A stretch of 63,607 nt of DNA, the filler included, from Octopus bimaculoides (taxonomy: Eukaryota): NCBI RefSeq assembly GCF_001194135.2. It is 3 parts of 3 records of this genome, joined end to end, with 100 filler letters (N's around TTAATTAATTAA, not from the genome) between each part and the next. Parts side by side here need not be neighbours in the genome. Positions count along the whole stretch, not along the records: positions 22,101 to 40,471 come from NC_068985.1; 2 more parts are not named here. One strand, given 5' to 3'. Each line of letters begins with the position of its first letter. Within the stretch, counting starts at the first letter, position 1. Below the pieces are notes generated by a model. It was not told the DNA's origin. It did not search any database and worked only from the letters and a program-made list of their open reading frames with translations. The position numbers were made by a program, and so were the translations under genes. Of the stretch, positions 24,433-37,257 are shown in pieces.

Positions 24433-24782
24433 TATATATAGGTTTCAAATTTTGATACAAGGCTAACATTGACCCCGATGCTCAATTGGTACTTATCTTA
24501 TTGACCCTGAAAGGATGAAAGGCAAAGTCGACCTTGGTGGAATTTGAACTCAGAATGCAAAGATAGACGAAATGTTTCCCAGTGTGTTAATGATTCTGCT
24601 AGCTCACTGCCTTACACATATTATATACAGATTGATAGATAGGTATAGATATATTCATATATATACATACATACATACATATATATATATATGTATGTAT
24701 GTATATATGTGTATATATATATGTATACATAAATATATGTCCATGTATACATATATGTATATGTATATATATGTGTAAATGA

Positions 24783-24813
<31 letters not shown>

Positions 24814-24814
<1 letters not shown>

Positions 24815-25131
24815 TCTTTTACTCTTTTACTTGTTTCAGTCATTTGACTGCGGCCATGCTGGAGCACCACCTTTAGTTGAATCAAATCGACCCCAGGACT
24901 TATTCTTTGTAAGCCTAGTACTTATTCTATCGGTCTCTTTTTGCCGAACCGCTAAGTTACGGGGACCTAAGCACACCAGCATCGGTTGTCAAGTGATGTT
25001 GGGGGGACAAACACAGATACACAACATATACACACATACATATATATATACATATATACGACGGGCTTCTTTCAGTTTCCGTCTACCAAATCCACTCACA
25101 AGGCTGTGGTCGGCCCGAGGCTATAGTAGAA
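24814..25131 (-). mobile_element. SINE family 1, near full length, cut by a gap
   Basis: High identity to 27631-27930, including the internal (CA/TA)n spacer. Confidence 0.9.
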
Positions 25132-25534
25132 NNNNNNNNNNNNNNNNNNNNNNNNNNNNNNNNNNNNNNNNNNNNNNNNNNNNNNNNNNNNNNNNNNNNN
25201 NNNNNNNNNNNNNNNNNNNNNNNNNNNNNNNNNNNNNNNNNNNNNNNNNNNNNNNNNNNNNNNNNNNNNNNNNNNNNNNNNNNNNNNNNNNNNNNNNNNN
25301 NNNNNNNNNNNNNNNNNNNNNNNNNNNNNNNNNNNNNNNNNNNNNNNNNNNNNNNNNNNNNNNNNNNNNNNNNNNNNNNNNNNNNNNNNNNNNNNNNNNN
25401 NNNNNNNNNNNNNNNNNNNNNNNNNNNNNNNTATATATATGTATGTATGTATATATGTGTATATATATATGTATATAAAGTAAATACACGTAATTCAGCT
25501 TGTTTCATAACCAAAAAGGTACAGATTATAAACA

Positions 25535-26171
25535 ATGAAAGGCCGATTTTGGTGATTCATTTGGCAAAGGTAGTAGAGAGCCAATCTGATGATAAATCTG
25601 ACCTTGGATCTTGAAAGTTTGCATGAATCCTTGCTCAGTTAAATCTCTTGTGGCTCCAAATGATGTCATCTGTAGTGCAGCATTGGATTGTCTAATTTTG
25701 TTTTAGAAGTGCTTGGAATCTTGGTCAGTTGATGACAACAGTTTCTGCAATGGCTCTGAAGGTTGAGTAATTGCAGGGAGTTTAACCTTTTTCACCACTG
25801 CAACACAGTACAGGTGTCTCTCCGGGCCACTTCCTTGCTTTACAATGTATGCACTCAGTTGTCATTGCACCAATGGAAACTCTAGTATCGTCTACATAAT
25901 GAACTGCTGGAACATAATTGAAAGCTGCTTCATAGAAGTTGATTCTCTGAGCTGTTGCAACTGCTCTTTGTTCTGCAGTGGAGATCCTATTCCTTGTCAG
26001 CTGTGCATACCTCTGTTCATTACTTTGAGATGCTCTGGGTTTTGTTGTGCATAGTCTATTCATTTCTGGGTATGCTTCATTTTCTGCAGATGTCTCTCTT
26101 TCCCTGAACAGAGACATTCTTTTGGTTGACATTGATTTTATAGACAAATTTGACACTTTCCTTCTAGGCAT
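25535..26171 (-). mobile_element. Helitron Rep/helicase N-terminal fragment (non-coding 5' part to about 26480 with a ~138-bp tandem duplication)
   Basis: AAFNY..HY..RVSIGAMTTECIHCKARKWPGETPVLCCSGEK, then (frameshift) VKLPAI..PSEPLQKLL..KIRQSNAALQMTSFGA..TFKIQGQIYHQIGSLLP. Confidence 0.9.
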
Positions 26172-26884
26172 GGTTATAAACTTATACAGAAAAAAGCTGT
26201 TAACAACAGAAAAACACAAAATCATTGCAAAAGTAAATAAGAAATTTTTAGGGAAATTAACTGTGTACAGATTTAAGTGAAATTTTTGAAGTTGCTTCTG
26301 TTAGTAAATTATGAACTTACTTTTATCAGTAATTTCCTTAACAAAAAAAACACAAACTGTTGCAAAAGTAAATTAGAAATTTATAGGCAAATTTAACGAC
26401 GTATATGGTGTGAAGTGAAATTTATGAAGTTACTTCTACTAGTAAATTATGTATGAAATTACTTTTATCAGTAATTGTGAACTTCTTTCTGTCAGTAATT
26501 TGCTGTTGTTGTTTGTAAATAGCAATTGAAAACTTACAATGTAAACAATAATGATTGAACTTAAAGTGAAAGCAATAGCGTCTGAAAAATGTAAGTGGAA
26601 ACAATAGGAAGTGAGTGAGATATAGAGAGAGGGGGAGAGAGAGAGACCTAGCTAATTAGACAAATAAGATAGATATCAATAGATAGATAAAATATAGACA
26701 GATAGATACAGAGAGATAGATAGATATAGAGACAGAGGTGGGTAGAAAGATATTTTAAGAGTCTAAAACCATCTCTGGAACATAAGTAACACATATTCCC
26801 AGTTTGGAGAAAATCAGTTGAAAAATATGGCCATTATGGTCTTTTACGCACACACACACACACACACAGAGAACAGGATTTACA

Positions 26885-26885
26885 T

Positions 26886-26961
<76 letters not shown>

Positions 26962-27130
26962 TATGCATATATGTGTGTGTGTGTATGTACGTGTGTATAT
27001 ATATATATATATGTGCGTGTGTGTGTGTGTGTGTGTGTGTATGTATATATATATATATATGTGTGTATATATATTTGTGTATATATATATGTGGTCCATG
27101 TATAAATATATATATATATATATATACATG
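26885..27130. repeat. Compound (TA)n/(TG)n microsatellite, representative of dozens in the window
   Basis: Read directly. Other examples: (TACA)n ~3963-4060, (TATC)n ~23676-23712, (TA)n ~46749-46812, (ACT)n ~48031-48080, (AG)n ~56866-56907. Confidence 0.95.
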
Positions 27131-27630
27131 AACCACATATTTTCTCTCTCCATTTTTTCATCTTATACTTTTTTGCCAAAGAGCATGGGCCCACAATGTT
27201 AAAGACTTTCCCCCACCCCACCCCCAAGTGTCAAACTAATATAACTACTTGTTGTTCCTTCACCTGTCTTCGTCTTTTGTTTTCTGCACATTTGAACTAT
27301 ACATGTATATATGCATACATACGTACATTACATATATACACATGACTGTGTGTTTGTGTGTGCACGCGTGTGCGTGCATGCGTGTGCATGCATGTGTGTG
27401 TGTGTTTGTGTTTGTGTGTGTTTGTGTTTGTGTGTGTTTGTGTGTGTGTGTGTGTTTGCTTGAAAACTGGTGTTCACTTATTTATGATCCTGAAACTTAG
27501 TGGACCAGTAAAAAGGGACTAATAGCTTGAAATAATTACTAGGTTAATTTGATGAAGTAAATTTTTCAGAGGAGCCCCTCACCTTCCCCCAGCATAGCAA
27601 CGACCAAAACAACAGTTCAATGACTGAAAC

Positions 27631-28028
27631 TCTCTTTACTCTTTTACTTGTTTCAGTCAATTGACTGCGGCCATGCTGGAGCACCGCCTTTAGTCAAGAA
27701 AAAGGACCCCAAGACTTATTCTTTGTAAGCCTAGTACTTATTCTATCGGTCTTTTTTTTGCCGAACCGCTAAGTTACAGGGACGTAAACACATCAGCATT
27801 GGTGGGGGGACAAACACAGACACACAAACACACATACATACATATATATATATATACATATATACGACAGGCTTCTTTCAGTTTCCGTCTACCAAATCCA
27901 CTCACAAGGCTTTGGTCGGCCTGAGGCTATAGTACAAGACACTTGCCCAAGGTGCCACGCAGTGGGACTGAACCCGAAACCATGTGGTTGGTAAGCAAGC
28001 TACTTACCACACAGCCACTCCTGCACCT
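27631..28028 (-). mobile_element. SINE family 1, full length (tRNA head, CORE-like GGCACCTTGGGCAAGTGTCTT, internal microsatellite, GTAAAAGA tail)
   Basis: Reverse strand has GTGGCTGTGTGG (A box) and GGTTCAGTCCC (B box). Further partial copies at about 22770-22865(+), 31465-31910(-), 34455-34835(-), 36240-36400(+), 36970-37130(+), 49250-49460(-), 50670-50850(+), 51965-52175(+) and 57285-57645(+). Confidence 0.9.
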
Positions 28029-28105
28029 ATATACAAGTAACAAAATTTTTAAAAAAACAATAAAAGTATGTGTAGAAGAATGAAAGTGAGAAAATTGTAA
28101 CTTAC

Positions 28106-28273
28106 CAAGTATTACACATTCTGACCCACTGGTGCTACCTTTCCCTTTTGTTGTGTTACCTTGTCTGCAAGCTTCACACTGGAACATTCCAGGCTGGTCT
28201 TGATAGAAACCAACACTACATTGTGTACATTTAGATGTGGATGACTGGAAATAGGAACCCTCAAGGCATGTGT
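28106..28273 (-). CDS. Exon: Ephrin_rec_like (GCC2/GCC3) Cys-rich module of an SVEP1/SCUBE-like extracellular protein
   Basis: Pyrimidine tract + CAG acceptor, TTG|GTAAG donor, 168 bp, phase 1-1. Encodes (D)TCLEGSYFQSSTSKCTQCSVGFYQDQPGMFQCEACRQGNTTKGKGSTSGSECVIL. Confidence 0.92.
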
Positions 28274-29589
28274 CTGTTGTCAATAGAAAAATAAGAAGTA
28301 GGCAATGAATCAACTTGTTGTTGTTGTTGTTGTTGTAGACTTGTATCTTAAATAAGGAATATGTAGTTATTAATATACTTTAAAAAGTTGGATGGATGGC
28401 CTGAGATGGTCTTGGATTATAGCTCTACTTAATCAGGATTGACCTGGGACTAAACAATGATAATAGTAATACTACAAGTACTGCTGCTGTTGCTACTACT
28501 ATAGTTGCTGCTGCTGCAGCCACTGCTGCTACCACCACAAACACCATCATCGCCACCACCACCACCATCACCACAACCTCCACCACTGCTGCTATACACA
28601 CACACACAATAAACAACAAACAAGATATGACTGGGAGGAAAAAGCTGGAATAGTAATAATGGCTTCGAATTTTGGCACAAAGCCAGCAATTTTCAGAGGA
28701 GGGATTAAGTTGAATACACTGACCCCAGTGCCCAACTGGTACTCATTTTGCCAATCCCTGGAAGGATGAAAAGCAAAGTTGACCTTGCTGGAATTTGAAC
28801 TCAGAATGTAAAATGGACAAAATGCCACAAAACATTTTGGCTTTGTGTGCTAACTATTCTGAGAGCTCATCACCTTAGATGGAATAGTGATAACAAAAAA
28901 ATGTTTTTGTTCATGGGTCTATTGTGTCAGGTTTAAACTGTGGCTACACAACAATAACAACAAAGAAGAGTGTCCATGAGAGAGGTTAAATCAGGATAAA
29001 TACTGCAGTATCTGGCCTATCAGCAATGTGTATACATTAAGTATGATACACAGATGGCTATTTTAATTAAATATTGCCTCAATTGTGTATACTAGATTTT
29101 TAATCAGCCAGGCAACTATTTGCAACATCAGAAAATGTCTTAATCACTTTTTCTTGTGTCAGAAATAACAAATTCTCATTTGAGCACATGAATAGTTGTA
29201 AGCACACACCACTGAAAAAGGCTAAAATACATTAAGTTCTCTCACTAGATGCTGTGTTTTTAACATAGCAAGTCCTCATACATACATACATGTACATACA
29301 TCATCATCATCATCATTTAATGTCTGTTGTCCATTGCCCATGTTGGACAGTTTGACCAAAGCCGGCAAGCTGCACCAAACTCCAGTCTGATTTGGCATGG
29401 TTCCTACAGCTGGATGCCCTTCCTAACACTAACCACTTTATAGAGTGTGCTGGGTACTTTTACGAGGCACTGCATGAGTGTTTTTACATGGTACTACCAT
29501 GAGTGCTTTACACTATGTGTATGTGTGAAGCACACACACACACACACACACATATATTTGTATGTGTGTCGCAACAACAAGTTCAACTA

Positions 29590-29940
29590 TTTGAACACTA
29601 GTTCCATATAAAATTTCAAAATGGATTCTCCTTCCAAATAAATGTGAATATGAACTGCAAGACACAGAATCTCATAATATACTGCATAATCTGCTCCAAT
29701 TGCAAAGAGAAGTACATTGGTGAAGCCAATAATTCCCTTTGCCAATGTGCAAGAATCCATAGACAACACATCAGACAATAAGAACTACATAAGATTCTGC
29801 TGAGCAAGCATTTGGAAATATGCAGAAACAGCAGAATCAAGATCTATGCTTTCTATAAATGTCAAAGGCATGGCCCAAAATACCAGAAGGTGATAGAACT
29901 ACATTTTACAAAAAATGTTACCAAAACTAAATGTGTAAAA
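29590..29940 (+). mobile_element. Decayed Penelope GIY-YIG fragment, same type as 8330-9500
   Basis: MNCKTQNL-IYCIICSNCKEKYIGEANNSL..RIHRQHI..LLSKHLEIC..LPKLN. Confidence 0.8.
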
Positions 29941-30546
29941 AATATGTTTATGAGAAATTCTTATTAAAAATATTAGTCTCCCAGATGAACTAAACCAGAT
30001 TACCACTGGATATTATTATCAATAATGTTCTCATTACTATTACTAAAATGACTGGTATTATTCACTTGTGCAACCAACATACAACACACACACATACATT
30101 TAAAAACCTTCCAAAACAATTTGATAGATTCTATTTTCTACAGCTAGGTAACATAACTGACCAAAAATTTGTCAGCCATACAATGACAAAAAGAAACTTA
30201 TTGCAATTGACAAAAAAATTGACCTTTTTGACCTGTCATCAGTTTAAGCCATTCCAGAAAAACACTCCTTTCTCTCTTCCTTTCTTTCTTTCTATCTGTC
30301 TGTCTTTCTTTCTTCTTTCTTCTCTCTAACTATATCTCTAAAAATTCACCATACACATATGCTTACACATGCACACACACACGCATGCACACACGCACGC
30401 AAGTACGCACACATATACACACACACACACGCACAAAAAGTATGAATTTTCTATAAAACAATATTCTTGATAAATCTATGAAAGGGACAAAAGTACTAGA
30501 TAAATAATTTTTATGCAAATCCTGAAAACCTTTCTTTCTCTTTCTT

Positions 30547-30582
<36 letters not shown>

Positions 30583-31704
30583 GAAATATATACATACATA
30601 TATATATCAAAATAAGCAACAAGGATATTCAAAGTTAATGCAGTACGATCGATTCATGTGACTCCATTTATTTAAGCAATGTGAGCATTACATTAAATGT
30701 AAAATGCAGAGCAATCTTCAGCTGCACAAAGATATAGAAATTTGCTGAAATTTCATTTCAGCAGGACATATTATTGTAACTACATTATATATATATATCA
30801 AGAGCAAAGGGTCTATGTATGCAATACATGCACTGCATGCCTTACTATTTTTCCACAATAAATTATTTTTGTGTAATATATAATTGATTATAATTATTAT
30901 TGATGTTTTACTGCTTGCCTTTCAGTGGTGTTAAATTGTCTACAGAAACATAGTAAAGGGAAAACAAATTTTTTACAGTTTGCTTTCAATCATAGTAAGA
31001 GCAGTCATCATTTTCTTGGTATTTTATTATTTTCAAGAAGGGAAACAAAAAATAAGTGGTCAAGAAAGAGAAAGACAGAGAAAGCAGATATTTTACTACT
31101 TCCCTTTCAGTGGTGTTAAGTTGTCAACAGAAACATAGGGAAGGGGAAGCAAATTTCTACTGCTTGCTTTCAGTCATAGTAAGAGCAGTGACCAAGAAAG
31201 AAAAAGACAGAGAAGGCAGATATTTTACTGCTTGCCTTTCAGCCCTGTTAAGCCAGCAGACACATTGACAACGTTTTTTTTTTCTTGAAGTGCTGATGTC
31301 TGTACTGTCCTGTGCAGCAGAGATCAAAAACTTGCCTATTCAGAGGATTTCCTGAGGTTTTCCTCATAGTTGGACAGAAATGCATATTTAGTCAATTTAC
31401 AAGTTTTATTGCTTTCTGATATATTTTGTACGATTATTCAGTTCCTAAGAGTACACGTTTTATCTTTTATCTACTGCTTGTTTCAATCAGTAGATTGTAG
31501 CCATGCTGGGGCACCACCTTAAATAATTTTTAGTCTAATGAATCTACCCCAATACTTTTTTAAAGCCTGGTGCTTATTCTTTTGGTCTCTCATGCCAAAC
31601 GGCTAAGTTATGGGTACGCAAACATACCAATGCCATTTGTCAAGCATTGGTGAAAGTTAAACACAGACACAAAGGCACACACATGCACACACACACACAT
31701 ATAA

Positions 31705-31739
<35 letters not shown>

Positions 31740-32835
31740 TATATATATTTTTTCAGTTTCCCTCTATCAAGTCCACTTACAAAATTTTATCAAGTTCCCT
31801 CTATCAAGTCCACTTACAAGATTCTAGTCAAGGCTATAGTAGAAGACACTAGTAGAAGACCTGGAACCATGTAGTTGGGAAGCAAACTTCTTACTACACA
31901 CCCACACTTGCTTTATTATCATTCTCGGTAAAGAGAAATCAAAGCTTAAGCTGAAAATTAAAACTGAAGTGGGCAACAAGTAATGTCATCATTATTTTGA
32001 TTTAAAATATTATGAATAGTCTGAGTGAATGATGAGATGACCCATTTTGAACAAATTTTTCTGTTTCCCATGTCTGTTACTCTGACATTATAAGAACACA
32101 TTTTCTCAACTTTGAAGTGATATTGAAAACGAATATCACTTTCAAGTGATATTCAAAACAAAATCATTAAATCGTATAACTGTTACAAGTAAAGGTGTAA
32201 TTAATCCACTGATAGAAAAAAAAAAAATCAACATTTGTTGCTGTTATGTTTGGTGAGACTACAAACCTACAAATGAATTCTTAACCGTCATATGTTTTGT
32301 GATTTGTTGATGAGAAGGAAAGGCTTCAAGAAAGGTTTAGGGGATAAGTCAATGTCAATAAAGACAGAAAAGCTNNNNNNNNNNNNNNNNNNNNNNNNNN
32401 NNNNNNNNNNNNNNNNNNNNNNNNNNNNNNNNNNNNNNNNNNNNNNNNNNNNNNNNNNNNNNNNNNNNNNNNNNNNNNNNNNNNNNNNNNNNNNNNNNNN
32501 NNNNNNNNNNNNNNNNNNNNNNNNNNNNNNNNNNNNNNNNNNNNNNNNNNNNNNNNNNNNNNNNNNNNNNNNNNNNNNNNNNNNNNNNNNNNNNNNNNNN
32601 NNNNNNNNNNNNNNNNNNNNNNNNNNNNNNNNNNNNNNNNNNNNNNNNNNNNNNNNNNNNNNNNNNNNNNNNNNNNNNNNNNNNNNNNNNNNNNNNNNNN
32701 NNNNNNNNNNNNNNNNNNNNNNNNNNNNNNNNNNNNNNNNNNNNNNNNNNNNNNNNNNNNNNNNNNNNNNNNNNNNNNNNNNNNNNNNNNNNNNNNNNNN
32801 NNNNNNNNNNNNNNNNNNNNNNNNNNNNNNNNNNN

Positions 32836-32866
<31 letters not shown>

Positions 32867-32870
<4 letters not shown>

Positions 32871-33181
32871 GTGTTATGAGCCAGGCTCGAAAGTGAGTGA
32901 GTAGGCATGTCCTGTCGGAAGTGGGGCCAGTGAGTCCCACCGGAAGGGCCACGGTGGGCATGCAGAGTCAGCAAAGTATGAACAGCCAGTTGGAGGTGGA
33001 CAGCGCATGAGAGCAGGTCTGTTAGACGGTACAGTGACGGACAGAGCACGTGGACATTGAGTGAATCCTACGGATCGAGACAGAGCACGTGGATGTTGTA
33101 AGTGACCCTTTCTGGACCGACAGGTAAGACTACCACAATTCTCTCTTTGCTTCCGTCTTTTTCCTCCTTCACGTCACAACA
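32867..33181 (+). mobile_element. Solo-LTR-like element (TGTGGTG...CACAACA) next to a (TA)n tract
   Basis: TG...CA termini with a short terminal inverted repeat. GC-rich relative to flanks. Shares its start and an internal CCGGAAGGGCCA with 40174-40443. Orientation is arbitrary. Confidence 0.6.
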
Positions 33182-33351
33182 TATATAGTTTTAGAGATAC
33201 TATATCAGTTTAGAAAGAGTGGGGTAATAATCCATAATTCCAAAAATGATAGGATGATTGAAATAATAGCTATAAATCTTTTGACGACAGGTTTGACTCA
33301 TCAGGACTAACCTGAGTTTAATAACTATAACAAATACAAGTTCACACCTAC

Positions 33352-33513
33352 CTTTGCATTCACTTTCCTGGACAGATTGAATTGTTTCAGTAGTTTTACC
33401 ACTTGAGCAATTATTACAGCTATTACTTCTGTAATTTGGCTGGTACGTCCCCTTTGGACATGGTTTCACAGTATTGTACTTGCTGGACCAAAATGTCCCA
33501 GGGCCAGCTTCAA
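33352..33513 (-). CDS. Exon: Ephrin_rec_like (GCC2/GCC3) module
   Basis: TTCTTCTTCAG acceptor, AAG|GTAGGT donor, 162 bp, phase 1-1. Encodes (V)EAGPGTFWSSKYNTVKPCPKGTYQPNYRSNSCNNCSSGKTTETIQSVQESECK. Confidence 0.92.
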
Positions 33514-36106
33514 CTGAAGAAGAATTAAAAGAAAATGGAAGTTAATCCAAAAAATATACCACCACACACACATGCATACATACATAAATATATACATCCA
33601 TGTTCATCCATTGGAGCAATGAGGACCATTGAGTGATCATTAGGACTGACCAATGACCTACACAGTGACTTTGTTTATAGTGAAGGAGAGTTGCACACTG
33701 TTGACCTCACTCTCTCACTCGTGATAATCTTCAATACAGTAACCAGACCAGGTCTAGATGACTGAGGATGGAGACAGATGCAGTGGATGACCAAGATGTT
33801 TTAGTACGTTCATCTTGCTCTCTGCACTCCATGATGCATTACTGCAGCCATCTTCTCTTCTGTTGAATCATGAAGGTTTCTTCCACAGAGCCTACCAGAT
33901 CCAGTCTTCACATGCATAGGTAGGTAAGCCTTAATATGCTAATTAACCTATAGTTGGGACCCTGACAGGTACTACTACTCTTTGTCAGCATAGGCCTGGG
34001 AACAATAATGGCCAAGAGTGATGAAACCTTGGAACTTCCAAAATAGGGCCCCACACCAGATGCAATTTGAAGTTGTACTCGGGATGAAAACACACACATA
34101 TATAAATACAAAATAAATACATTCATTCATAGATACAGAAAGACAGACAGTCAGACAAACTGGCAGGTAGGCTTGCAGTCATACAGACAGACAAACAGAC
34201 TTTTGTGCTAGCCTGATGAAGTGCTACTCCAACATCATCAGCTACACATATTGTGTAACTTTCCACACAAAATCACTTAAATAAAATGATAATAACATAG
34301 ATGTGTTAAATTCATTATTTGATTTGTATATCCAGGTGTCTATCAATCTGTCTATATATAGATAGTAGTTCAACAATGCCTGCTCGAAAGATTAAATGAT
34401 GATGTTGATGATGATGATGATGTTGATATACATAAATATATATATATATATCTTTCTTTTATCTTTTACTTGTTTCAGTCATTAGACTGCGGCCATGCTG
34501 GGGCACCACCTTGAAATTTTAGTCAAGTGAATCAACTCCAGTATTTAATCTATTTTTTTAAAGCCTAGCACATAATCTATCGGACCCTTTTGTTGAACTG
34601 CTAAGTTATGGGGAACGTCAAGTGGTGTTGGGGAGGGACAAACACAGACACATTCACACATACTCACACACACATGTACACACACACACACACACACAAA
34701 TACACACATATATCTACATATACAATAGGCATCTTTCAGTTTCCGCCTTCAAAATCCTCTCACAAGGGTTTGGTCAGCCTGAGGCTTTAGTAGAAGACAC
34801 TTGCCCAAGGTGCCACACAGTGGGACTGAGACCAAAGTAATATTACTAAGAAAGCTATTGTATGTGTGTATGTGTGTGTGTGTGCATGTGTTCATGCGGG
34901 GTGTTTATGTGTATGATGTATGTGTGTGTTTTGTGGTGTGTGTGGCATATGTGTGTGTGTGATATGTGGTGAGTGTATGTGTGGGTATGAGGGTGTTTGT
35001 GCATGTGTGTATGACTTATGTGTTATTTCTTTACTACCCACAAGGACAAACAAGGACAAACAAGGACAGACAAACAGATTAAGTCGATTATACCGACCCC
35101 AGTGCGTAACTGGTACTTATTTAATCGATCCCGAAAGGATGAAAGGCAAAGTCGACCTCGGCCGAATTTGAACTCAGAACGTAGCGGCAGATGAAATACC
35201 GCTAAGCATTTCGCCCGGCGTGCTAACGTTTCTGCCAGCTTGCCTTATGTATGGCTTATGTGTGTGTGTTGTGTGGTATGTGTGTGTGGTGTGTGTTTGT
35301 GGTATGTGTGAGTGTGGTGTGTGTGCATGATGTGTGTATGGTGTGTGTGTGTGTGATTTTGTGTGTATAGTGTGTGCGATCTTGTTGTTTACCTTGTGTC
35401 TCTACGCTTTTCACTTATTGGTGGTAAACAACGGCTTTGTTGAGGTTCATTTCCTAGCAGTCGACTATGAAAACATGTCTGGGAGGAGGTGGACAGGGAT
35501 AATAGTATTTAGAATTTAGTTTTGTCAAAGACATGACAACTTTTCAAGTGTTTGGAGCCATCATAAAATCATACAATGCACCCAGTATGCTCACTAAAGC
35601 AGTTGGTGTTAAGAAGGACAGCCAGCCATGTTAAATGGATCATCATACAAGTGAGACGTGATCCTACAGTCCATCTTGGTGGGCAGTAACACCAAATAGG
35701 AGCTGACATGGACCATAATAATTCATGCAATCTGTACCAAGATGGAAAACGGGCATAAAATAATGAGGCGGAGACAGAAGGAGGAGTGGGAGGAAGGGGA
35801 GGAAGGTGGAGGAGTTGGAAAGGAAGGGGAAGAAGAGAAAGAAAAGGGGGAAGGAAATGAAAGGGAGGGTGGGTGGTGGTGGTTATAAATAAAGATGGGG
35901 ATCACAAATGAGGATGATGATGATATGAAGAAAAGTGTTAATAATAATGGTGATGTTGGCTGTGAATGACAATTATAACAACAACAACGATAATGATGAC
36001 AACAACAACGATAATGATGACAACGACAGTGATGATGATGATGATGATGATGACAACATCACCAACAATAGTCTTATTGAAATATCAGTATTTTGTTTTT
36101 ACTTAC

Positions 36107-36200
36107 CACAGCTTGAACCCTGTAAAACACCTGCAGTGCAATAGCTAACTACTTGAGTCTTTACTGAAGACACAACCAAACTTGCATTCATTGTACTCAG
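36107..36200 (-). CDS. Exon leading into the GCC modules
   Basis: TTTCTCTCCAG acceptor, GTG|GTAAGT donor, 94 bp, phase 0-1. Encodes LSTMNASLVVSSVKTQVVSYCTAGVLQGSSC and joins as SSC-V-EAGPG, like the C..G.V..G..CV motif preceding the GCC repeats in SVEP1. Confidence 0.75.
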
Positions 36201-37190
36201 CTGGAGAGAAAGGAAACAAAAACAAAAAATAATCATTAATAGGCACAGACATGGCTGTGCGGTTAAGAATCATGCTTCGCAGCCACATAGTTTTAGGTTC
36301 AGTTTCACTGAGCAGCACCTTGGTCAAGTGTCTTCTGCTATAGCTCTGGACCAATTAATGTCTCGTGAATGAATTTGGGAGACAGAAACTAGGTGGAAGC
36401 CCATTGAATGGTCTATCGGCTTCTCTTCTCATGATGCAATTTCAGGCAGTTTTACTAAAGTGAAAAGGAGTTGTACTAATAACTGATTGGTTTTTTATTT
36501 ACTGAGAAACTCAAAGGATGAAAATAGAAGTTATCCTTGAAGAGATTTGATCTCAAAGTGTAAATGTCACAAAGTGTTTTATTTGATGCTCTACCAATTC
36601 TTATTTCTTTATTGCCCACAAGGGACTAAACATAGAGGGGATAAACAAGGACAGACAAAGGGATTAAGTCAATTATATTGACCCCAGTGCATAACTGGTA
36701 CTTATTTAATCAACCCCGAAAGGATGAAAGGCTAAGTCGACCTCAGCAGAATTTGAACTCAGTTACCACTAAGCATTTTGCCCGGCATGCTCACAATTCT
36801 GCCAGCTGGCCGCCTTATGATGCTCTACCGATTCTGCCAATTCACTGCCACTGCTATAGTACAGGTATTTATTTTAGTTTAGTAAATATAGAAGTGACAT
36901 GAATAAACAGTACATTGCAGTGAAATTAAATATTGTTCCATCTGGCTCAAGGCTTTCTTGTGACAACATAGGCACAGGCAAGAATATGTGGTTAAGAAGT
37001 TTGTTTCACAACCACATAGTTTCGGTTCTGTCTAAATTCACGGTTCTTTGAGTAGGGATCTACTTTGGATAAGTTTTCAGTCACTTGATGGAAAAGCTGT
37101 GAGCAAACTTTGATAGATGGAAACTATTTACAAATCCATCAGATGGGCAGTTCTCATTAATTTGTTGGCTGCCCTATTTGACACCACCAC

Positions 37191-37257
37191 TTGGATCTTG
37201 CCTTCCTCCATCAAGTCTAGAAGGCCCTGAAAAGTGTCATGAGTGTTGTTATTCCTC
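37191..37257 (-). CDS. Possible bridging exon (RNNNTHDTFQGLLDLMEEGKIQ)
   Basis: First AG after a T-run. 67 bp, phase 2-0, which reconciles exons 39405-39687 and 36107-36200. The donor (CAA|GTGGTG) is weak. Confidence 0.3.

Noticed and set aside
27961-28020. tRNA-like A/B boxes as tRNA genes
   Set aside because: They are SINE heads joined to SINE bodies; no cloverleaf or acceptor stem.
33762-33800. Further hammerhead-like strings (CTGAGGATGG...CCAAGATGTT here; also about 38415-38450, 44745-44810 on the minus strand, and 54330-54360)
   Set aside because: GAAA or CUGANGA is broken and the helices cannot be completed; at best old relics.
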